Assembly (NCBI GenBank): GCA_033442325.1
Contig: JAWQFM010000010.1
Span: forward strand, 1,843,638 to 1,907,637
DNA from: Salpingoeca rosetta
Taxonomy: Eukaryota > Protista > Choanoflagellata
Length of the DNA: 64,000 nucleotides
Direction: 5' to 3'
The notes under the pieces are model-generated. The model did not search any database, was not told where the DNA came from, and saw nothing but the letters and a program-made list of their open reading frames with translations. Position numbers and translations under genes: made by a program. Below, in pieces: positions 46,480 through 60,100 of this stretch. Position 1 is the stretch's first letter. Every line of letters begins with the position of its first letter.

Positions 46480-47736
46480 GAGACACACAAACGAACCTCT
46501 TCGTCCTCCTCGGTGACGACAAGCTTGGATGTGGTGCCGTGCGCGCTTTGTTGTTCTTGGTATTGTTGTTGCTGTTGCTGCTGTGATGTCACGACCTGTG
46601 GTGCACGCCCGTAGCCAAACTTGGGCTTGCCCTTTGGCACGGGTGCTGATTGGTATTGGCTGTGCATGTCGTATGATGGTGGCGGCGGCAGGCCGCTTAC
46701 CGGCGCCGCCGTCACGGACGTGGACGCGATGCGATATTGGGTCTGACGGCGCACGGAAGCAGAGAAGCTGCTGGCACGTGCACCGCTCACCCCACCTTCG
46801 CCATCGTCGTCATCATCACCGTCATCATCGCCGTCGTCGTCGTCGGCCACCAATCCAAACCGGTTGGCCGGCCTGGCAGCGGTGGCTGTGTGCTTTGAAG
46901 TCGAGGTGGCGGGTATCCCCGCTGCTTTCTTCTGCAGCTGACGCGGCTGCAGCGACGACGCCGCAGTAGAGGATGATGACGACGATGCCGCTGCCGATGA
47001 AGCAGCTGCGACTGTCGATGTGGTTGATGACGAGGACGCACCTGGGCCTGTGGATGCTGGCTTGCTGGTGGTGGTGGTGGTGGTGGTGATGCTGCTCCTC
47101 TGCACTTTGGCGGCTGGCGTGGCACTGCTGTGCTTGGGCGCCGGCAGCAGCTCGGAGAAGAGCTTGGGCTTCTTTGGCGCCGGTGCCATCTGTCGGCTTT
47201 GGGCATCGTCGTCCTCGTCGTCATCTTCCTGGAACTCGCTCTGCACGCGCGTACAGGAAGGTGGCCAGCGGTGCACGTGAGCGCACGCATAGGCAGCTGG
47301 GCAGATGATGATAAAAGTTGCAGCACACAGCAGAGAGGCAGGCATAGACAGGAAGGCACCACAGACACAGACACAGACAGACACACACAAACAGACACAG
47401 ACACAGACAGACACAGACACAGACACAGACACATACACATACACAGACACAGACACAGACACAGACACACGCACGCACACGCACACACACGCACACACAC
47501 GCACACACACGCACACACACAGTCGTTCGCACCGCGTCTGGATCTGGCAGGTTGAACATCTGTCGTCGCTTGGCCTCCAACGCTGCGCGTAACCGTTGCT
47601 TCTTCTTGTCAACGGCTGCTGCTTGCCGTGGCGGTGCTGCCTTCTTCACACCGGCCGTACTGCCCACCACCCTCTGCTCTTCCTCGTCCTCACTGTGATC
47701 CTCATCGCTGCTCGAACCATAGTCAACAAGCGACAT
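45509..47736 (-). CDS. PRCC: PRCC (proline-rich mitotic checkpoint control / spliceosome-associated) homolog
   Basis: N-terminus MSLVDYGSSSDE; LFSELLPAPK; conserved C-terminus RRKHQITYLAAEARAREQELQTKW...RQRYGF*. Confidence 0.87.
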
Positions 47737-48311
47737 GCTTGGTTGGTAGTGTGTGTGTGTGTGTGTTGTGCGGTGGTTGTTCGTTTGTGGTTGCGTTCTC
47801 TTCTGCTGCGTTTGCGTTTGTTTGTGTGTGATTGGTTGGCGATCGGTTGATGAAGGTAGCAAGGACACACAACACACGCACGCACACTTACACACTCACA
47901 CACACACACACACACACACAAGCAGGCAAGCAGGCAAGCAAGGGAGTAATGATAGAGAACAAGAGAGGGAAGCGAGACTGAAAAGCAAAGGAACCATAGC
48001 AAGCAAGTCAGTTGAAGGGTGGTGGTGGTGGGAACGCAAGCCGACAACAGAGCGCACGCGCAACAGGAGGCAAAAACGTGGCAAGTGTCTGTCAGCCGTG
48101 CGGATGATGCCAGACAGGCAGGAAGGCACAGGGGAAGCAGGTGGGCCGAACATCGACGCAGCCGATGGCTGCTGAGCACGTACTGGCGGAACCGAAATGG
48201 AAGACACACTGACGACGTTGGGTGGGATACAGAGAGTGACGCAGACAGGCACAAACAGAGAGAGAGACATGTACACACACACACAAACACAGAGAGAGAG
48301 AGAGAGAGGTG

Positions 48312-48345
<34 letters not shown>

Positions 48346-48495
48346 CACATGCACAGACACATGCACACACATATGCACACAAACACACACACACACCCGC
48401 TAGAACATGCTCATACGAAACAAAGAGGTGACGCTACGACAAGTGCCCGTGTGGCACGCGATGCAAAGAAGACAGAACAAAACTAAACAACACAG

Positions 48496-49002
48496 CTATT
48501 GGTGGAACGCGAGCGGGGTGGTGAGGCGGCAGGGCAGGCCACCGCGGTCATCAGGATCGTGCAGGCGATAAAACGCAACCAGCTCGTCGAGGTTTGGGAA
48601 CTTGTTGTCTGCAACATCCTCCTCGCCGTGGTCAATGTGCACCTGTCCGCGCTCGTGGATGACGCGGAAGTGGGCGACCTTGCCTGGCGCCCGCATGGAC
48701 AGCGCAAGCTTCGAGTTGCGCATGCGGAACATGAACGTGCCATAGGACGAGCTGGTGTGCCACGCACGATTTTGAGGTTTGGGGGTTTGGGGTTTGGGAG
48801 GGGATGGGTGATCAGTGTGAGTTGCAGAGTGAAAGTGTGTGTAGGTGAGCGTGTGTATGTGAGCGCGCGTGTGTGAGCGTGCGTGTGCGCGGGTACGAGC
48901 ACACAACACAGAGAAGGCTAACAGGCAAAACGCAGGTACAACGACAACTAAAACGCAGACAGACAGACAGGCAGATAGACAGACACACGGGCACACACAC
49001 GG

Positions 49003-49066
<64 letters not shown>

Positions 49067-49081
49067 GCACACACACACACG

Positions 49082-49116
<35 letters not shown>

Positions 49117-49364
49117 CATGCAAACCGCTTTCACCTCTCGAGAAGGACGTCGGCCTCGTTGCGGGTCCTGTCCTGCTGCATCCACGCCAGGAGCGTGGCG
49201 TTGGACGTGAGGTCGAGCCCGCGCTTGAACGGCTGCGACTGCGGTGCCGCCTGCCGCTGGTCGGGAACGCAGTTGACATAAAGCGCATCCGGGGCAGTTG
49301 GCGGCGGCTGCCGGTGTGGCGGTATCGACGGCGGCGCAGCAACGACTGTAAACTGTTGCTGTTG

Positions 49365-49415
<51 letters not shown>

Positions 49416-50246
49416 TTGTTGTTGCTGAAACTTCATTGGTGTGGAGTACAGGTCCGCCGGCGGATCTGTGGGCTTGCGCTTTGTCACTGTCGAGTAGAGG
49501 GCGTGCGAGTCTGGAAGGGCCTCGTAAATGTCCTGCCCTGCGTCCTCCTTGTTTGCCTGCGTAAAGACGCGGTGGCCCTGCTGAGCATGCACCGCTGCTT
49601 CGTCCTTGGTCACCTCCTTGTACTCACCCTGAAGCACCACAAAATACTTCTCCAAAACGCGGGGCGCCGAGGACGGCGGCGCCACGGGCGTGATCGGTGG
49701 TGGTGCCGCCGTGGGCTGTTGCATCGTCGGTCGCGGGCCGAGCGTGGGCGGCACCAGAGGAGGCGCAGCCTGGCTCGGAGCGCCAACCTTGTCGGGGTCA
49801 TCGTACACAATGTTGTCAGCCATTGCGCCGCCGCTGCTGGGCGGGTAAACGCCGTTGGTTGGCGGGTGGGTGCCGTGGAACTGTGGCGGAGGCCCTCCGT
49901 GCTGAGGATACTGGTGTGCGCCGCCGCGATCCTGTCTCCCGGCCCCAGACGTCCGCCGGCTGGTGAAGTTGCCCAGGATCACCAGCACAACGAGGGCAAG
50001 CAAAACCAGCACCGAAATGAGTGCAGACGCCGACGACGCCAGGGAAGCGCTTGCACCAGCATCGACTGCATCCTCGACGCCGTCGTGGCTGTGGGTCTCT
50101 CCGGTGACGAAGGCCGCCGTGTCCCAAACACTGTCGTCTCTGGCATGTGCCGATCGAGCGTGAACCGTGGAAGCGCAGACGACGCAGGCCACCGCTGTGG
50201 CCCACAACAAAGCCGTTGTCAGTGAAGAAGGGCGTGGCCTTGTCAT
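48496..50246 (-). CDS. Single-pass transmembrane adaptor with multiple Tyr motifs and a C-terminal SH2 domain, 2 exons
   Basis: Signal peptide ALLWATAVACVVCASTVHA; TM ALISVLVLLALVVLVILGNF; motifs IVYDDP, EYKEV, IYEAL, LYSTV, LYSTP, LYVNC; SH2 fold AWMQQDRTRNEADVLLES|SSYGTFMFRMRN...LALSM...VAHFRV...FPNLDELVAFY...LPCRLTTP. Confidence 0.85.
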
Positions 50247-50597
50247 GACTGTTGCTGCTGCCGGCCGTGAAGGCGCAACGATGCTTGCCACCTACCGACC
50301 GCTCTCTGCCTCTGCTGGCTGCACTTGCGTTTCAAAACTGGAAGTGTGTTTGTGTCTGGCGGTGTTGTGCTGTGTTGTCGTGGGTGGTGAAGGTGAGTTA
50401 GGGTGATGATGCAGAGTGGGTGGATATGGTGTTTGTTTGCTTCTTCAACAACAACACAACGCAAATGGCATCGCTGACAATTTACTATATCTTATACCGA
50501 TTCTCGTACACGGCAAGAAGCAAGAGGGAGAAGAAGCGGGGGGCGTTCTTGGTTGCTTGCTTGATTGCTTGCACACACACACACACACCCACACACA

Positions 50598-50646
<49 letters not shown>

Positions 50647-50671
50647 GCACCCACACCCACACACACACACA

Positions 50672-50791
<120 letters not shown>

Positions 50792-50797
50792 CACAGA

Positions 50798-51453
50798 TCA
50801 TGCGTTGAGGCTGGCCAAGGTCTGGACAAGGGCCAGCTGGCGTTGCTGGACGCGCTGTCGCAAGACCTGCAAGTCAGCAGACTGTTGCGCAGCCTGCGTG
50901 TCCTCACGCTGCAGCAAGTGTATCACATCCTCCACGTTGCCGTGATGGTGGTGCGCATCCCCATCGTCACCCCCATCGCCGGCAGTGGGGGCAAACGCGG
51001 CTGTGAGCACGCGGCACAGGAACGAAATCTTTTGGTTTACACCGGCGCCCGCGCACGGTGCAGCCACCCCGTATAGCTCCTCTTGCTGCTGTTGCTGCAG
51101 CGGCGCAGTGGTGGTTGACACAGAGGCGTCCGCTGGTGCCACTGGCGGTGACGGTGGCGACGTTGCTTCCTCGTTGCCGGCCACTTTGCGCCGCTTGCTA
51201 AGATGGTTGTCGGTGGCGGCAGCGGCGGTGTGGGACCCGGGATGGTGCTGCTGTAGCGGTTGCTGTGTATGCAATGCGGGATCTTCAGATGCGTCATGCG
51301 CCTGCAACATTTGCAGGACAGGCATGACAAAAAGCAACTGCGATGAGCACGACACGAACCGTGATAGTCACACAGGTGATGGAGTCGTGGTGGGAGAGGG
51401 AGAAAGCAAATGCACAAAAAACGCACAAAACAGGCCACACACACACACACAGG

Positions 51454-51500
<47 letters not shown>

Positions 51501-54200
51501 TACACACACACGCGCACACACACACATACACACGCACGAACGCACCACTGCAGCTGTGCTTGTCCGTGCATGCGTAACTGCTTCGTCGTCTGCTTCATCA
51601 GCACCGCCAGAGACGTGCAGCCCGCGCGTAAACTCAAACCACAGCTTGGATGCGCTGCGACCAAAGTCGATGGCTGTGTTGAATGCCTCGGGCTCCGTGT
51701 CTCCGAGCGGTCGCGGTGCCGGCGCCCCAAACAGATCGGATCCGTCCACACCCGCCGTGAGCACGCCCGCCGCCCGCCGCAGGTGGTCCGGGCCCTTCAG
51801 GTGCACCTGCAGGTCCCCGGTGCTGGCAAACGCCTCCCCGCACAGCACGCACGACGTGAGGTTGGTGTTGTGGCGGCCGGCGTTCTGGCGGTGGCGGACC
51901 ACGGCTGCATCGCGCCGCCGCAGCGCCAGCTGGCACTTGGACGAGCGGCTCAGGTGCCGCTGCAGGTGCGTAAACACCCGTCGACACGAGATGCACGCCA
52001 CTTGGTTTGCATACTTGGCATCGCCCTTGTTCGCGTTGCTGGTTGTGGTGGTCGCGCTGGTGGCCGTGGCGGCCGCCTTGCTGGCTGAAGCCGTCGGTTC
52101 CGTCTTCACCGCTCTCGTCCCACGTGCCGGACCGCTCTCATCGTTCGCACTGCTGCAACTGGTGGTGGTTGTTGGCGCAGCGGTTGGTGTTGCGGTTGTC
52201 ATGGCTTGCTTACTGCGCTGTGTTGATGGCTTGCCCTGGCTGTCGCTTGAACCGTCTGCGCCAGGCTTGCGCGCGGCGGGCTCGGTTGCTGCGGCCGATG
52301 ACGATGAGGACGATGATGCTGATGTTGACGGTGTGCGGGAGCGACGGGTGGTGCGCGGCCGCGGGGAATTGCACGCGCTGCAGATGATGTCGCCTCGGTT
52401 CACAGTCGTGCACCGGCACACCCACTCGTCATCCTGCACAGCGAGGTGAGTGAGTGTGCGTTCGTGTGTGTGTATGACAGAGTGTGCGTGTGTGAGTGAG
52501 TGAGTGCGCGGGTGAGAGTGGATGCGTGAATGCGGGTATGTGGGCGAGTGTATCACAGAGAGAGAGAGAGAGATAGAGAGAGAGAGTGTGTGTGTGTGTG
52601 TGCGTGTGCGTGAGGCACGCAAGGAGAGTGCGTTTGTGTGGAAGAGCAATGAATTGGCGTCACGTCACATCAATCAGACCGCTACGGCAAGCAAGGGACA
52701 AACACATCAGCGCACCACGGCTGGGCATGCACTGCGGCGCCCAGGATTCTCAAACTGGAGCCCACGAAGTTCGCGTGGAACCGGCGCTGTTTTCGACGAT
52801 GAACGCCGCTTTTTCGTCCCCGTTCCCGCCGATGGTGGTGGCGCAGAGGTGGAGGTCGAGGTGGCACTGCTGCGCGTGGTGTTCGCCCGGCCGGGAACGG
52901 GTCGTCCAGCCTGGCGATGTGGACAAAATGAGCAGAGCAACCATTAGGGCATGTGAGTTGACGTTCGGAAGTGATGGGTGTGCGTGCACGATGCAAACAG
53001 GCAACGAAATCAGTGGAAGCAGTGAAGTCATGGAAGCAGTGTAGCAGCGCAGGTGGGAGACAACGTGTCGACACACCAAAAGCAATGTACGAAAACCCAC
53101 CCGACGCAGGATGGCAAGACGTGGATCTTGGAGATCAGTGTTGTTGACAGGGCCTTTCGTCTCTGTGCTGTGCGACGGGCTGGCAGATGCGACAAACGAC
53201 ACATCCACCTCGCTCTTGACGCTGGTGCTGGTGCTGGTGCTGGTGCTGCTGCCGTTCGTTGTGGTGGTGGCAGCGGCGAGGGCGGGGGAAGTTATTGTCG
53301 ACGTCGTTGCTGTCATGGCCGACTTGGACTGTCGATATGCAGACAGCTCTTCATGGCTTGTGAGTGTTCCTTTGATGACATAGAACTTGCCACCGACCTC
53401 AAAGGACCCGGGCACGTGTCGACCGCTCACTTCCTGCAGTTGCGAGGCGCTGAAGCCCGACAACTCAGCAAGGTTCAACGACGGGACCTCAGCTGACGAC
53501 GGGGATGTGCTTGTTGTACTTGCTGCTTCTGATGTTGATGTGATGGCTGTTGTTATCCAATGTTGGTCTTGTGTGGATGCGTAGGGGGCGCTTGTCGACA
53601 CGGGATGCCGCGGAGCGGACGGAATCGACACGTGCTCCTGTTCTTGCTCCCTTTCATTCTGTTGCTTCTGCTGCTGTTGTTGTTCTTGGTCGTGTAGCTG
53701 CTCGTGTGTACTCTTGTCTTCGTCCTCAATGACATCAAAAAGGGCGGCAGTGATGCTGCCTGCAGTAGGAATGTGCAGCTTGCCTTCACTCAGCTGCTGC
53801 ACTGTCGACCTGCAACATGGGTGCGCATCGAGACGAGATTGCGTTGTTGGTGGAGTGAATGGGCAACGTCGGCGTGTTAGAAAGAGGGGTGAAGGGGTTG
53901 GTAGAGGGTTAAGGTTAGGCAAAGTTTGGCACAGAGGTTGCGCCGAACCACCCGTACACATGCGCACACACACACACACATGCACACACACATGCACACA
54001 CACACACACGCACCACATCACATCACATCACATGCACACACACCACATCACATCACATCACATGCACACGCATGTTCTCTTACAGAGCACGTGCAGCAAG
54101 GGCAATCTCGTCGCAGCTGTCACTGTCCAGAGATGAGCGTGTATGGCCATTGCTACCCGCGTCTTCAATGCCTGCACACAGGAACGCTTCAATGGACTGT
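50798..54200 (-). CDS. Multi-exon protein with a RanBP2-like zinc finger and two C2H2-like zinc fingers; 5' exons uncertain (may extend toward ~56690)
   Basis: DDEWVCRCTTVNRGDIICSACNSPRP; CISCRRVFTHLQRHLSRSSKC; CVLCGEAFASTGDLQVHLKGPDH; in-frame splice DEIALAARAL|STVQQLSEGK; last exon ends ...LVQTLASLNA* at 50798. Confidence 0.6.
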
Positions 54201-56396
54201 CGGAACGACAAGCGCGTGTGTGCCGAGGACATGTCTCGCTCGCGCCAAGAAGGGTGTTGGTTGGTTGTTGTTGTGATGTGGCGGTTGTGGATGATTCCTG
54301 CACCGCATCCATGAAATTTCTGCAGGCAAACGGCAAAAGGCGAAGGATGATGAGGGTGAAGGTGCAGGTCGCTCACCACGTCGCTCCACGCGTCGCCACA
54401 CATCGCACCCCGGCTGCTGCTGTTGCAGCTCCTCCGATTCGACTGCCACTGCTGTGTTCATGCAGTGTTCCTACATGCGAGCAAGGTGAGCCCGTCATGC
54501 ATGCTTTGGTTGGCACATGGTGCATGGGTTGGTGTTGTTGTTGCTGTGGGTGCTTGGTGTTGCTGCTGCTGTGCCTCGTGCACCAGTGTAGCTGTGCAGC
54601 TCACATGTCATGCGTGTGTGCATGTGGCTGCAGGGGGGGGGGCGACTGCGTGAGGATCGTTGAAGGATGATGGGCGGTGCACACATGATGGAATGGGAGG
54701 AGCAGCTGTGGACACACACGTCCATGGTCATGGTGGGCACATCCTATCACAGCGACGCAGTCATATGCAGCAGGTGTGTGTGTGTGCGTGTGTGTGCGCG
54801 TGTGTGTGTGTGTGTGTGTCGTGGGGTGAGGGGGGGGAAGCAGAGGAGGGGGCAGGAAGTGGATATGTCTGCTGTGCTCACATGCCATACCTGTACCTCG
54901 TGTGTGCAATGTGTCTTGTTGATGTGTGTTGGTTGCGTGGGCGCCAGGGCCATATCAGAGGAGGGCAAGGAAGCCGCCATGAACGACACATCATCATCAT
55001 CAACCTCCCCATTTCTCTCTCTCTCTTCTCTCTCTTCCACCTCAGCTCCGCTGTCACCGCCATCACCATCATCATCATCGACCGCACAGCCGCCATCACA
55101 CGCCGGCCGACACCAGCTCCAATCTGGCGTGAGGCAGACATTGCACATGTCAGTCGCTCTCATGAAGAGGTGAGCATGTGCGTGTGTGTGGTGGTGGTGA
55201 GTGGGGACAAGATGTGTGCGTGGATGGGTGTCAATGCGGATGGTTGGATGGGGATGGCGTGTGGTTGATGATGCTTCGCTGTCAACCTCACCACCCTGCA
55301 TTCTCTCCCATCTTGTTTCCGTGCACACACACGTTTCACAGCGTTGAGGAGGCGCATGAAGCGGTGGAACCAACGACGATGACGATGACGAGTGCTGAAG
55401 GTGAGAGGGCGACTGAGATGTGTGTGCGAGTGTGTGTTGGTTGACACGTTGTGTTTCCTTGTTCGCCTCCCACTTTCCTTGTCTGTTCTGTCCGCTGTCT
55501 TTTCTTCTTCTTCCCCCTTTTTCGATTGATTTGGACACAGGGCCATGCATCCGCTTCCATCCAACCGACCAACCAAGCAGCCGAGCGAGCGAGCAAAGGA
55601 CACGGCGTGGCAAGGGGCCGTTGTTTTCACCCTTTCCACCACAAGCAACAACAGCAACAGCGGATGTGTGGCTGCATTGTGGATGAACTGGCCCCCTGCC
55701 TCTCATCCATCTCCACCTGCTCTTCGTCGTCATTGGTCACCAACAGCAGCGGCAGCGGCCGTGGATGTGGAGGTGAGATGAATGGTGGTGGTGGTGGGGA
55801 TTGTGGTGGTGATGTGTGATGTGTTGGGTGTGAACAACAGCATGTATGGGGAATGATTGTGCGGTGCTGGTTGGATGTCGTTGGGTCTGTTGGTGCTGGT
55901 GGCAATGGGCGTTGTTGTCGTTGATAACCTGATTCTGTGACAACTCACCTCTTTCTCCACACGCACACATGCAGAGTGTGATGTGCGTCGATGTGCCGTT
56001 GCCTCGTGTGACGACGATGGTGGTGATGGTGAATGATTTGTGGTGGATGTGGACTTGCGCACGCACACGCATGTGCAGATGTGATGCTTGTGGTGGTGGT
56101 GGTTGTGGTCGTCGTGGTGTGTATCTGTGCTTGGAATGTGCGTGCACAGGTGATGATGTGGGTGATGCGAATATGACAAAGGAGGTGGATGTGGTTTGTT
56201 TCTGCCATGCTGGCTCACTGCGTGGTGTCATTCTTGCTGATTTGGTTCTTTGTGCTTGCGCATGTGTGCATGTGTGCATGTGTGTGATTTGCACAGGACG
56301 GAGGCCGTTCTCTTCCCAAGCCCTCATGACACGACCAGGGCGATACACGCACACACAAATGTGCGAGAAAAGAAGACACAAGGTGAGACGCTGCCG

Positions 56397-56436
<40 letters not shown>

Positions 56437-56821
56437 TGATGGGTGGAGTGGTAGTACTCATTCACACGCATGCACGCATGTACACATGCACGTGTGCCAA
56501 CACATCAAAGCAGTCATTGGCTGTGGGGTGGTTGCACTGATGTGTGCCTCACATGAATCAATCTCACAACTCAAATGCGTGTGTGTGTGTGCGTGGCTGC
56601 AGGCGGACGTTGTGCGGGGTTCCCCAACCGAATTTCCCTTTCCTTTCCCAACCAATCGCCTTCGCTCTGTCATCGTCAGCCTTCCCCATGTGATGTGGAG
56701 CTGTTGAGGCGTGATTGAGACTGCGGCCAACGCAGGTATTTCAGCAGTGGTGGATGTGGTGCATGTGGTGATATTTTGTGCCTGCCTGCTGGCTCGCTTG
56801 GTTGCTTGCTTGTTGGGTGCT

Positions 56822-56921
56822 NNNNNNNNNNNNNNNNNNNNNNNNNNNNNNNNNNNNNNNNNNNNNNNNNNNNNNNNNNNNNNNNNNNNNNNNNNNNNNN
56901 NNNNNNNNNNNNNNNNNNNNN
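56822..56921. other. Assembly gap (100 N, probably unsized) truncating the IPT/TIG gene
   Basis: N characters in the sequence. Confidence 1.
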
Positions 56922-57142
56922 GTCGCCAACACCGGCGCTCCCGCTCCGAGCAACAACAACCACCTCCGTCGACGTCCCAGACACAACCATCGCCGCAACG
57001 CCGCCAAGCCGCACAGTCGCAGCAGACGACCCGCCTCCAAGCAGGTTCGTCCCGTTGATCGTCACGCGCGTCCCAAACTGGCCAGACGCAGGCTGCACCT
57101 GGTCAATCGCGCCCGCGGCCACATACGTGAACCCGCCAGTCG
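56922..57142. repeat. 221-bp exact direct repeat, copy 1 (identical to 63780-64000)
   Basis: Base-by-base comparison: gtcgccaacaccggcgctccc...aacccgccagtcg occurs at both positions, offset 6858 bp. Confidence 0.95.
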
Positions 57143-60100
57143 CAATCACCTCCGCACCAGTGTTGGCCGTCAGAACAACGTCCCCAGCACCGGCGCTCCC
57201 AGCAGCCGCAACCACAACAACGCGCGTGTTGTTCCCGCTCACAATCGAAGCCACGCTCACGCCGCCCAGCGTCACAGACACAAGGCTCGACCCGCTCCCG
57301 AGCAGCCGTGTGCCCTCAATCACAACGCGCGTCCCCGCGTGTCCGCTGTCGGGGCTCACACTCGCAACAGCACCAGGCTCGCTGTAGTTGAACCCGCCAA
57401 CCAGGCTCACAAACGCCCCGTTGGCAGACTGCACCACAACATCCCCAGACACCGCGCTCCCGTGCGCTGCCGCAACCACCACTACCTGCGTGTCGTTGAA
57501 CGACACAATCTCGCGCACAGACACGCCAGCAAGCGTCACGTCCCGCAGCGTCGTCGCGCCGCCAAGCAGCGACACACCCGTCACCGTCACCCGCGTGCCA
57601 CCCTGCCCAACACCAGGCGTTGCTCCGCTGATGCTCGAGGGCGCAACATACCGCCACGACGATGACAGGCTCACAACAGCGCCAGTGTCAGCAACAAGCT
57701 CAACCGCAGACACTGCCGTCGCCATCGACGCGCCAGCCTCAACAACAACAACGCTGTTGTTCTGGGTCACAATGCTTGCCGGCACACTCGCAAGCGACAC
57801 GCTCGCAAGCGACGCGCCGTACCCAAACAGGTTCGTGCCGCGGATCGTCACGCTCGTGTTCACCTGCCCCTGCGCCGGGCTCACGCTGCTGATGCTTCCA
57901 GCGACCTTGTACAGGAACTCGGCGCGGATGCTGCCGTCAGCACCCGTCACACTCTCCACAGTCTGCCCGTTGTCAGCCGTAATCGTCACAGTCACGTTCG
58001 TGTCAGCCGTGTTGGTGTTGGCCCCCGCGCGCACAACGACGCGCGACGCCGTGGCAAGCTCAATGGCTGTCGCTGACACAGTGCCCAGCCGCACAGCCGT
58101 GGCATCCGTGCCACCACCGAGCAGCCCAACACCGTCAATCGTCACGCGCGTGCCGCCCTGGCCAGAGCCAGGCGAGATGCTGTCCACAACACTGTATGTC
58201 CACGCATCCAGCTTGCGCACCGTCACCCCGTTGTTGCCAACAATGGTCACGTCTCCAACAGCCTCGCTGCGGCTGTTTGGCCCAGGGTTCACGCGCACAA
58301 CCGCCTGTGTCGATGTCGGTGTGCCCACAATGGACGCAGGCACCCCGCTCAATGAGATGGACGTCGCACTGCTCCCGCCACCCAGGATGTTGGTGCCGCG
58401 GATCGTCACAAGCGTGCCCGCTTGGCCTGTTCCCGGCGACACAGACGTGATGTTGCCCGCAGACAGCTGCTCCCAGGCATTGGTCGCCACAACAACAGCG
58501 CCCGTGTCCGCAATGAGAACAACATCGCCAACCGTGCTTGCCCCAAGATCGCCAGCCTCAAGGCGCGGAAGGTTGCAGTTGTCGCTCACCACCGTCGCCT
58601 CAAACCCAGCAAGCGTCGCAGCCGCAATAGCCGACCCTCCGCCGCACAGGTTCACACCAGCAATGTTCACAACAGTGCCAGCCTGTCCCGAGCTCGGATC
58701 CACCGTCAGAATCTCGCCATAGTCAACGTACGTGAACGCGTTCACCTTGGTGATGATCGCGCCATTGGACGATGTCACAACAATGTTGCCCACTGTAATC
58801 GCATCCACGCCCTGACCAAGCACGACCACAACCTCAGTGTCGTTCTCGCTCACAATCGTTGCCGGAACATCAACCACAGTCACATTGGCAACAGATGCAC
58901 CACCGCCACGCAGAGACGTGCCGTTGATGGTCACCCGCGTTCCCTCGCGGCCACTGCTTGGCACAGCAACGTCCACAGTGCCAACCTCCACATACGTGAA
59001 GCCATTCACAAGCGTGCTGTACGCGCCGCTGCTCGACGTCACAATCACATCGCCCTGCCCAGGCGCAGACACGGCCGCCCGCACAACAACCTGCGTATCA
59101 GACTCGCTCAGGATCGTCGCCTCCTGCCCGACCAGCGTCACAGAAGCAACAGCTGCACCACTGCCGCGCAGGTTCGTGCCCGCAATCGTCACAACGGTCG
59201 ATGCCTGGCCTTGTGCCGGCGTCACACTGCCAATGGCGCTCGCAACAGCGTACATCCACCCGCCGCTGCTTGTAGCATACGCGCCACTGTCAGACGTCAC
59301 AACAACGTCGCCCGTGCCCGCCGTTGCAGACGCAGCCACCACTCTCACCACGCTGTCGTTGCCGCTCACAACCATCGCAGGTGTCCCGGCCAGCGTCACA
59401 GAGGTGATGCTGCTGCCGCCGCCAAGCAGGCGCTCGCCGCGAATGTCCACGCGCGTGCCCACCTGGCCCACAGAAGGCACAACCGCCGTGACGGCGCTGT
59501 CCTGCAGGTACTCCCACAGCCCAGCACCAACCGTCCGGGCGCCGTTCGACGCCTCAAGCAGCACGTCGCCAACGCCAACAGTCCCGTTCTGCGCCACCGC
59601 AATCACGTCCGTGGCGTTGCTCACACGCACCTCCGCCGCCGGCCGTCCGCCAAGCAGCACCGTCGTGATCTGCGTCCCGCTCACTGGGTTGTTGCCCAGC
59701 AGCCGCACACCAGAAATGTGCACAACCGTGCCCCGCTGGCCTGCCATCGGCGTCACGTCCGTGATGGCGCTGGCCACCTCATACACCCACGTCTCCGTGC
59801 GACTCACGCGCGCCCCGCTGTCAGACGTGATCTCAATCGTGCTCAGGCCCAGGTTGCTGTTGGCGCCTGCGCGCACAACCACTTGCGTGGCGGTGCCCGA
59901 AACAACCTCCAACACGCCCACGCCACCAATCGTCACGTTCTGAACCGCACTGCCGCCACCAAGCAGGTTGGTGCCGGTAATCGTCACGCGCGTGCCGAGC
60001 TGGCCACGCGGTGGCTCCACAAGGATGATCCGCGCATCGCCAAGATACGTGAACACGCCGCTGCCGCTCACCGCGGCTCCCGTGTTCGACACAATCTCAA

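Noticed and set aside
56676-56821. Apparent C-terminus (HPTSKQ...SHGEG) of the 2434-aa IPT ORF
   Set aside because: Joined only by translating through an unsized N gap; no IPT, TM or anchor features, so the true C-terminus is not visible.
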